This document shows positions 57,851-64,000 of a DNA stretch of 64,000 nt, piece after piece. The notes below the pieces were generated by a model. It was not told the origin of the DNA. It saw nothing but the letters and a program-made list of their open reading frames with translations, and did no database searches. The stretch is from contig JBFJCP010000008.1 of NCBI GenBank assembly GCA_041615815.1, forward strand, positions 1-64,000, read 5' to 3'. This stretch comes from Gemmatimonadales bacterium. Lineage in GTDB: Bacteria; Gemmatimonadota; Gemmatimonadetes; Gemmatimonadales; GWC2-71-9. The number at the start of each line of letters is the position of its first letter. The stretch's first letter is position 1. The translations under genes were made by a program, and so were the position numbers.

Positions 57851-59550
57851 GCATGTGGCGACAGCTGAACACGGTTACCGCACGCATCGCGCTCGCGCAG
57901 GGCCTCCTGCTCGTCGGGTTGCTCGTGGTGGCGCTCATCGGCGTCGCGGCCCTCAAGACGGTGAGCGAGAGTGTGTCCGCCGAGCTGCAGGATCTCGCCG
58001 AGATGTCAGAAGTCAGCAACGGGCTGGTGGTTGCCCTCTTCGACGAGATCCGGGCGGCCGAGCAATACCTCACGGACCGCTCGCCCAATGCGCAGGAGTC
58101 ATACCGGACGTCGGGCGAGACCGCGTACGAATTCCAGCGACGGCTCCGCTCACTCCAGGGGCTGAGCGAGGTGGACCGTTTGATGGTCAACCGCATTGCC
58201 TCTTTGCAGTCGCTGGTGGAGGTGTGGTACTCCCTGGCGCACGCCCAGCTGGACCTCAATCGGCGGCCCGAGGGTCTCGCCGCGGCAGCGGGAGCTCGCG
58301 ACCCGGCGGGAGAGCTCATGCGCCTGGTGCGAGACTTCGCCACTGTCCAGCGGGCACGGACCGAGAACACGGCCCGGAACCTCCAAGCCGCCGCCGATGA
58401 CCGTCGCCTGCTGGTTTGGACCGTCCTGGCGGTTTCGGTGCTGCTCGCTGTGGGCGTGGGCATCGCGACGCTCCGCTCGGTGCAGCAGCCGCTCCTCCGA
58501 CTCGAGGCAGCCGCAACACGCTTCGGCGACGGCGACCTGAGACCGTTCGACCTCGGAAACGTACCGGGCGAGCTCCAGGCCTTGTCTCACGCGATTGGCC
58601 AAATCGGCGCGAGACTTCGATCGCTCATAGCCGAAGTCGTCGCGGAGGGAGAACGGATCGCCGGCACCGCTGCAGATCTCTCGACCATCAGTGAGGAGCT
58701 TGCTGCCACCTCCGGACAGGTGTCCACGGCGATGGTAGACATGTCGCATGCGGCGGAGCGACAGGTCACAGGACTCGAGCAAACGACGGTCGCGGTGGAG
58801 CAGCTCCGGGCCGCGGCGTTCGAGAATCAGGAAATAGGCCAACAGGTGGTCCACCTGGGCGGCGATATCAGGCGGTTGGCGGAACGCTACCGCCGAGACG
58901 TGGGTGGCGCGGCTACTGCCCTGCTCGACTTGGGAAAGGTCGTCAATACCAGCGCCACGCAAGTGGGACACCTGGACCGACTGTCCGTTGCCGTCGATGA
59001 TTTCGTGGACCTCATCAAGCGGATCTCGTCGCAGACGAATCTGCTCGCGCTCAACGCCGCCATCGAGGCGGCGCGGGCGGGCGAGCATGGGCTCGGCTTT
59101 GCCGTCGTCGCCGACGAGGTCCGGCAGCTCGCCGATTCGAGCTCCACGGCCGCGGAGGAGATCAGCGGCACCCTCGAAACGGTACGTGGTAAAGTGAGCG
59201 AGGTCTCGGCAACGATGGCGGCGGGCAGTAGCAGCGTGGAGGGCGTCGAGAGCGTTGCACAGGGCGCCGCAAAGGCGCTCGAGACCATCGTCACCGCCGT
59301 CAGGCGGATCGAGGATGCCGCCCACGGTGTGGAACGGGCGGCCCGCCAAAACCTCGAAGCCGCCGAGAGGATTCAGGGTGTCCTGGCCGGGGTGTCAGAA
59401 ACGGCGCAGGGCTACGCGTCGTCCAGTCAGCAGGTGTCCGCGGCAGCCCAGCAGCAGGGCGCGTCAACGCAGGAAATGGCGGCACAAGCAGCACAGCTCA
59501 ACGAGGCCGCGGCGCGACTCCGTACGTTGGTGAAAGGCTTCCGGGTGTAG
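57847..59550 (+). CDS. Methyl-accepting chemotaxis protein
   Basis: Two TM helices, [41 protein letters not shown] hairpin tip. Confidence 0.95.
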   Translation: MSMWRQLNTVTARIALAQGLLLVGLLVVALIGVAALKTVSESVSAELQDLAEMSEVSNGLVVALFDEIRAAEQYLTDRSPNAQESYRTSGETAYEFQRRLRSLQGLSEVDRLMVNRIASLQSLVEVWYSLAHAQLDLNRRPEGLAAAAGARDPAGELMRLVRDFATVQRARTENTARNLQAAADDRRLLVWTVLAVSVLLAVGVGIATLRSVQQPLLRLEAAATRFGDGDLRPFDLGNVPGELQALSHAIGQIGARLRSLIAEVVAEGERIAGTAADLSTISEELAATSGQVSTAMVDMSHAAERQVTGLEQTTVAVEQLRAAAFENQEIGQQVVHLGGDIRRLAERYRRDVGGAATALLDLGKVVNTSATQVGHLDRLSVAVDDFVDLIKRISSQTNLLALNAAIEAARAGEHGLGFAVVADEVRQLADSSSTAAEEISGTLETVRGKVSEVSATMAAGSSSVEGVESVAQGAAKALETIVTAVRRIEDAAHGVERAARQNLEAAERIQGVLAGVSETAQGYASSSQQVSAAAQQQGASTQEMAAQAAQLNEAAARLRTLVKGFRV

Positions 59551-59557
59551 AGAAGCC

Positions 59558-60022
59558 CTAGCGGCGCTTCCGGGCCGTGGTCCGGGCGGTTGAGGCCGCT
59601 CGCTTCTTTCCCTTCTTCTTCGCGGTCTTCTTGGCGGACCGCTTCGCGGACTTTTTGGCAGTCTTCTTGGCAGTCTTCTTGGCAGGCTTCTTGGCAGGCT
59701 TCTTGGCGGTGCCCTTCTTTGCGCTCTTCTTCGCGGCCTTCGGCGTAGTCTTGGAGCGCGTCTTGGCGGTGCCGCGACGTCGCCCTCGGCCAGTCGCCAT
59801 CACCTCCCGGAGGACTTCATCGCCTTCATCGGCCCCGATGAGACCACGTCGGACCGCATACTGGATCAGTTCCTCGGCGTCGTCCTGGGTGAATTCGCCG
59901 ACTCCGGCTCCCGCCCGGATCATGTTGACCAGGGCATCGGCCACGGGACTCCGTAGCACGCTGGCGATCCCCGGAACCGACTCCAGGAGTGCTGAGATTT
60001 GCGAGCCGCCCAACTCCGCCAT
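59558..60022 (-). CDS. Protein with histone-H1-like Lys/Ala-rich tail
   Basis: Acidic helical N-domain, then AAKKSAKKGTAKKPAKKPAKKTAKKTAKKSAKRSAKKTAKKK. Confidence 0.85.
   Translation of the reverse strand: MAELGGSQISALLESVPGIASVLRSPVADALVNMIRAGAGVGEFTQDDAEELIQYAVRRGLIGADEGDEVLREVMATGRGRRRGTAKTRSKTTPKAAKKSAKKGTAKKPAKKPAKKTAKKTAKKSAKRSAKKTAKKKGKKRAASTARTTARKRR
59620..59740 (-). repeat. 12-bp coding tandem repeat (xAKK)
   Basis: GCAGTCTTCTTG x2 and GCAGGCTTCTTG x2 plus degenerate copies. Confidence 0.85.
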
Positions 60023-60153
60023 GGGTATCCTTGCGATTCTGCGGTAACGGGCGGCAAGCTAGCCAGTGCGCGGACCAACGTCAAGCGGGCCCCCTGGCCC
60101 GGCCGAGCGTAGTCAAGCTATTGTATTGCTTGGGCTTAGGGACTTCTGAAGTG

Positions 60154-60423
60154 CTAGCTCACGGGCTTCCGAGGACGGCTGGCAGCCTGTCGGAGCGAGC
60201 GCGGCGCCCTTCTCCAGAGTCGGACCTCGGACTGGGAGAGCAGCTCACCCAACACGGCGCGGGTGCGCTGGTCCACCGGCAGCTCGAGCCGCATCTCGAG
60301 GCGGTAATCGACCCGATCCTGCCCGCGACCGGTCAGCACGAAGCCTGTCCGGACCGGCTCGACGGCGTCGACCTCGATGTCGGCCACTGGGACGAAATCC
60401 TCGGCGTTGGACTGGGGGGACAT
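60154..60423 (-). CDS. Hypothetical protein
   Basis: 89-aa ORF with GGAG RBS and beta-rich composition. Confidence 0.7.
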   Translation of the reverse strand: MSPQSNAEDFVPVADIEVDAVEPVRTGFVLTGRGQDRVDYRLEMRLELPVDQRTRAVLGELLSQSEVRLWRRAPRSLRQAASRPRKPVS

Positions 60424-60554
60424 GGGCTGCTCCGGGAAAGAGGCCGTCGTTACAGGAGAGTGCCGCTCGAAGGGAGGGGAGTCAAGGGTCGGCCTTGGCG
60501 CACCCCCGTGGACCTGGGTAGATTACACCGGATTTCTGCTGGGAGTCACGAGTC

Positions 60555-60812
60555 GTGGGACGTCGAGGAATCAAGGAATACCGCGCAGCCGAAGCCCTGC
60601 AGCTCATTCTGGCGGATCGTGATCGCGAGGATCTGAACTGCCCGTCCTGCGGACATGCCAGCATCCAGCGGGTCCCCAAACGACGCCTGCCGAAGTCGCG
60701 GCGAGAAGCCCACCGCCGGGTGACGCTCCGCTGCTCGAAGTGCGGCCGACAGGCCGTCTACGTGCCTCGCAACGTCACCCAGCCATCGGACAAGGAACTC
60801 CTGGCCCAGTAG
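60555..60812 (+). CDS. Small zinc-ribbon protein
   Basis: CPSCG...RVTLRCSKCGRQAVY; GGGAG RBS. Confidence 0.65.
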   Translation: MGRRGIKEYRAAEALQLILADRDREDLNCPSCGHASIQRVPKRRLPKSRREAHRRVTLRCSKCGRQAVYVPRNVTQPSDKELLAQ

Positions 60813-60836
60813 AGGCGCGACACAGCCCCGAGCACG

Positions 60837-61283
60837 CTACGCCAGCGGCAGACCCCAACGATCGACCGGACTCTCCAGGGCAAAGTCCACCGTCACGGTG
60901 CAGCCAGCCGAGCGCGCAGCATCGACATGTGCGACCAAAGCCCGAATCTCTCCCAGGCGTAACTTGAGGAGAAAGCCTCCGTCACTGCTCAGACGGTGAC
61001 ACTCGAGAATCTCGTCTACCGCGGCCCATTGCTTGACGAGGCGATCCACCCGCACACTCACACCCGGGATCACCCTGAGGTATGCCAAGATCGGACGCCC
61101 CACCGGCTCCGGCGCCACCCGGGCGTGATAGCCCGTGATTACCCTGGCACCCTCGAGCTTTCTGACCCGCTGAAATGCGCCTGGCGCACTCAAGCCGATG
61201 GCCTCGCCAAGCTCCAGGTAGGCCATCCGGCCATCGGCTTGGAGCAACGCCAGCAAACGTCGGTCCAGAGCGTCAAGATCCAT
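60837..61283 (-). CDS. Lrp/AsnC family transcriptional regulator
   Basis: LDALDRRLLALLQADGRM...ELGEAIGLS.....QRVRKLE...VITGYHA; ILECHRL. Confidence 0.92.
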   Translation of the reverse strand: MDLDALDRRLLALLQADGRMAYLELGEAIGLSAPGAFQRVRKLEGARVITGYHARVAPEPVGRPILAYLRVIPGVSVRVDRLVKQWAAVDEILECHRLSSDGGFLLKLRLGEIRALVAHVDAARSAGCTVTVDFALESPVDRWGLPLA

Positions 61284-61501
61284 AATGAAGTAATGTAAAA
61301 GCTTTCGTATACAAAATCAGCTTTTTACAGTATTTCGTTTTACATAATAATATAAAACACCGGTGTCATTGAAGTTACTCTTCTTGCACGATGCTCCGTC
61401 GGCCACTGCCCCGATCGAGAGGCGCATCGTCACTCCTCTTTTTCACCGGAGAGCGGGACGTTGCAGTATGAGGGTGGGGGATCTTGCAGTCTGCCGTCCT
61501 C

Positions 61502-61534
61502 AAAACGAAGCGCCGGACCAATCGATCCGGCGTT
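61502..61534 (-). terminator. Probable intrinsic terminator after lepB
   Basis: Minus strand CGCCGGA-N8-TCCGGCG followed by CTTCGTTTT. Confidence 0.5.
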
Positions 61535-61569
61535 CACATCGGACTGATCGGCTACTTCGGAGCGGCAGT

Positions 61570-62349
61570 CTAGTCGGGGGTCGAGAAGATCCGTTCCCAA
61601 CGGATGTTGGTCAGGAAGGGCAGGGGTAAGAGTCCGTTGCGATCGAAACTGTAGTAGATGAGCAGGGGCCGGCCGGAGATCCGATCTCGCCCCAAGAACC
61701 CCCAGTACCGGCTGTCATAGGAGTTGTCCCGATTGTCCCCCATGACGAAAAACGAGTCCTGCGGGACCACCACGGGGCCCCAGTTCTTGAGGGTCGGCCG
61801 GTACGTGCGGCGATCCCGTCCGACGAGATACTTCACTTGCCACGCCCGCATGCGGGGATCCTCGGGATCCGACAGGGGATCGGTCCGGGTCACGTACGGC
61901 TCGTCCAGCGGACGCCCGTTGACCTGCAGGATGTTCGATTCCATGGAGAGCGTGTCACCGGGCATCCCAACGAGCCGTTTGACGACGTTCACCCCCGCTT
62001 CGACCGGTGACTCGAAGATCACGATATCGTGCCGGTTGGGCTCGCGAAACGCCGGCAGCCGCCGGTGCACGATCGGGATCTCCGCGCCGTAGAGCGCCTT
62101 GTTGACAAACAGGAAATCACCGATCAGCAACGTGTTTTCCATACTACCGGACGGGATACGGAACGCTTCCACGAGCAGTGCTCGGAGGAAGAACCAGATG
62201 ACCAGCGCGATGACGATCGACTTCACCCATTCTCGCGTGGTCTGGGAACCCGACTTGGTCTTGGTCTCCCCCTCCTTTGCCGGAGCGCCGTTGGAGGAAC
62301 CGCTCGATGCTGCTTCGGTCTTGCGGCGTGTCTCGTTCTTCCTGGGCAC
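61570..62349 (-). CDS. lepB: Signal peptidase I
   Basis: AFRIPSGSMENTLLIGD, VVKRLVGMPGD, FVMGDNRDNSYDSRYWG. Confidence 0.96.
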   Translation of the reverse strand: MPRKNETRRKTEAASSGSSNGAPAKEGETKTKSGSQTTREWVKSIVIALVIWFFLRALLVEAFRIPSGSMENTLLIGDFLFVNKALYGAEIPIVHRRLPAFREPNRHDIVIFESPVEAGVNVVKRLVGMPGDTLSMESNILQVNGRPLDEPYVTRTDPLSDPEDPRMRAWQVKYLVGRDRRTYRPTLKNWGPVVVPQDSFFVMGDNRDNSYDSRYWGFLGRDRISGRPLLIYYSFDRNGLLPLPFLTNIRWERIFSTPD

Positions 62350-62355
62350 TCTCGC

Positions 62356-63453
62356 TCAATCCTCCGATTCGGAAGCCGGTTCTACCCAATCTGCAATGAA
62401 AAGATTCGTCTCTCCCGTAACACGCCCGTGGCGGTTCGAGGCAAACACGAGTTGCCTTCCATCGGGCGAGAACATGGGAAACCCGTCAAAGTCTCCATGG
62501 GTGGTGACCTGGGTCAGACCGGACCCATCCAGGTTGACGAGATACAGGTCGAAATTCCGGGACCGTGGGTCGCGGTGGTTGGACGCGAAGATGATGCGGC
62601 GTCCATCAGGGTGGAAAAATGGCGCGAAATTGGCACCGCCCAAATTGGTGACTTGCCGCTGATCGGTGCCGTCCGCGTTCATGACCCAGACCTCCATCCG
62701 GCTGGGACGCACGAGGTTTTGGGCCAGCAGCGCTCGATAGTCCGCGATCTCCTCGTCCGTCTGCGGGTGCCACGAGCGATACACGATCCGGCTGCCGTCC
62801 GGCGAGAAAAACGGTCCCCCGTCGTAGCCAAGCGTGTTTGTCAGCCGTGTCACTGCCGTCCCGTCTACGTTCATCACGTAGATATCGAGGTCACCATCCC
62901 TGAGCGACGTGAACACCACCCGCTGTCCATCAGGCGAGAGCGTCGCCTCCGCATCGTAGCGCGGCGAGCGCAGCAACGGTGCGATGCCGCTTCCGTCCGC
63001 GTTGGCCTGATAGATGTCGAAGTCGTGTAGCCCCCAGACGTATCCCCGTGAGAGATCTGGAGGGGGAGGGCATTGGTCGTCGACATGAAACGTGCTGGAA
63101 TAGAGGATGCGGCTCCCACCGGCGAAGAAATACCCGCAGGTCGTGCGGCCCAACCCACTGGAGACGCGACGTAAGTGCCGCCCGTCCACGTCGATCACGT
63201 ACTGTTGATCGCACGTGGAATCGCCCTCCTGACGTTGGAAGATGAGCTGGCGACCGTCGGGCGAGAAATATGCCTCCGCATTCTGTCCGCCAAACGTGAG
63301 CTGACGCAGATTGGCAAAGAACCGCTCTCCTTCGGAGAGCTCGTGCTCGATGGCCGGCGATTCACTGCCGGCTCCACAGGCTCCCGCCACGAGCCCGAGC
63401 GCTGTCACGAGCGCCATCGGCACCGCTTTTGGAATGGCCGATATCGTACGCAT
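62356..63453 (-). CDS. TolB-like PD40 beta-propeller lipoprotein
   Basis: AGAC lipobox; NLRQLTFGGQNAEAYFSPDG and repeated FSPDG/FHPDG blades. Confidence 0.88.
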   Translation of the reverse strand: MRTISAIPKAVPMALVTALGLVAGACGAGSESPAIEHELSEGERFFANLRQLTFGGQNAEAYFSPDGRQLIFQRQEGDSTCDQQYVIDVDGRHLRRVSSGLGRTTCGYFFAGGSRILYSSTFHVDDQCPPPPDLSRGYVWGLHDFDIYQANADGSGIAPLLRSPRYDAEATLSPDGQRVVFTSLRDGDLDIYVMNVDGTAVTRLTNTLGYDGGPFFSPDGSRIVYRSWHPQTDEEIADYRALLAQNLVRPSRMEVWVMNADGTDQRQVTNLGGANFAPFFHPDGRRIIFASNHRDPRSRNFDLYLVNLDGSGLTQVTTHGDFDGFPMFSPDGRQLVFASNRHGRVTGETNLFIADWVEPASESED

Positions 63454-63680
63454 CCCAATAGTATAACCGCCTCGGCCAGGGCTCACGACGCTCCAGTGAC
63501 ATATGCCACCCACCCACGTTGCCGCCAAACGGGGATTGTGCGACCACTCTGGCGGCCTGGGTTACCGAGAGCTCTCATTGTACCCGTCGGGACCACGTAA
63601 GACGTTATTTTGCAAACATTTATATATACTGGCACCCACCTTGCTCTCTCAGAGGATGGAATCAAACCGAGGATACGACG

Positions 63681-64000
63681 ATGAGGCGAGAGGCACGCAA
63701 GGCGGGAGCGTTCCGAGTCGATGGACTCGGGAAGCTGTGCCTCGAGGGACAGGAGGTTGCGAGCTATCTGTTCCAGGTCCCCCATGACGAGGGCCAGTGG
63801 GCACGCCTCGAGGAGATCGTGAACGGGATCGTCGAGCGATCGGCGACGACGCCGCTCCGAGAGCTGCCGGCCATCGCCAAGGAGATGCAGCACGTGTTGG
63901 CCGCGCCGCCGTCGGTCGTGGCGGCGGATCAGCTGAACGCCGCGTTCGACCGCATCATCAAGCTCTTGAAATCTGCGCGCAGTGGGTTGTTCGTCGCGAT
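63681..64000 (+). CDS. Hypothetical helical protein, runs off the window
   Basis: GAGG RBS; MRREARKAGAFRVDGLGKLCLEGQEVASYLFQVPHDEGQWARLEE... open to the window end. Confidence 0.6.
   Translation, partial: MRREARKAGAFRVDGLGKLCLEGQEVASYLFQVPHDEGQWARLEEIVNGIVERSATTPLRELPAIAKEMQHVLAAPPSVVAADQLNAAFDRIIKLLKSARSGLFVA

Overview
High-GC chromosomal window with dense gene packing. Gene content and style suggest Gemmatimonadota, but that is an inference. No rRNA, CRISPR array, integrase or transposase was recognised. Left to right: xth (minus strand, absent from the ORF track); a di-heme oxidoreductase/Rieske/beta-barrel operon with a candidate metal-repressor operator; a complete eukaryote-style kynurenine pathway for tryptophan degradation (TDO, KynB, KMO, KynU, HAO, ACMSD, aminomuconate-semialdehyde dehydrogenase, RidA-type deaminase, atypical SDR); a dormancy/stress cassette (dodecin, HPF-CSD, PRTase, USP); a TonB receptor with a two-component system; two different type I glutamine synthetases; tRNA-Cys and tRNA-Arg(UCG); mqnD; an HD-GYP regulator; lemA-htpX-acyltransferase-yhaM; archease-rtcB; a binding protein-MCP pair; and lepB. 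Two unannotated signals stand out. (1) 43.7-46.5 kb: a TPR protein ends stop-to-stop with a 49-aa secreted/lipo-peptide gene. The peptide promoter carries 21-bp-spaced direct repeats and is divergent from a pseudo-receiver-AraC regulator and a stand-alone receiver, an architecture reminiscent of Rap-Phr/RRNPP peptide signalling. (2) 53.7-54.1 kb: a ~420-nt, highly base-paired, apparently non-coding minus-strand unit with its own sigma70-like promoter and terminator, directly downstream of a DnaA-box cluster and convergent on rtcB. All annotation is by eye; no database searches or folding programs were run.
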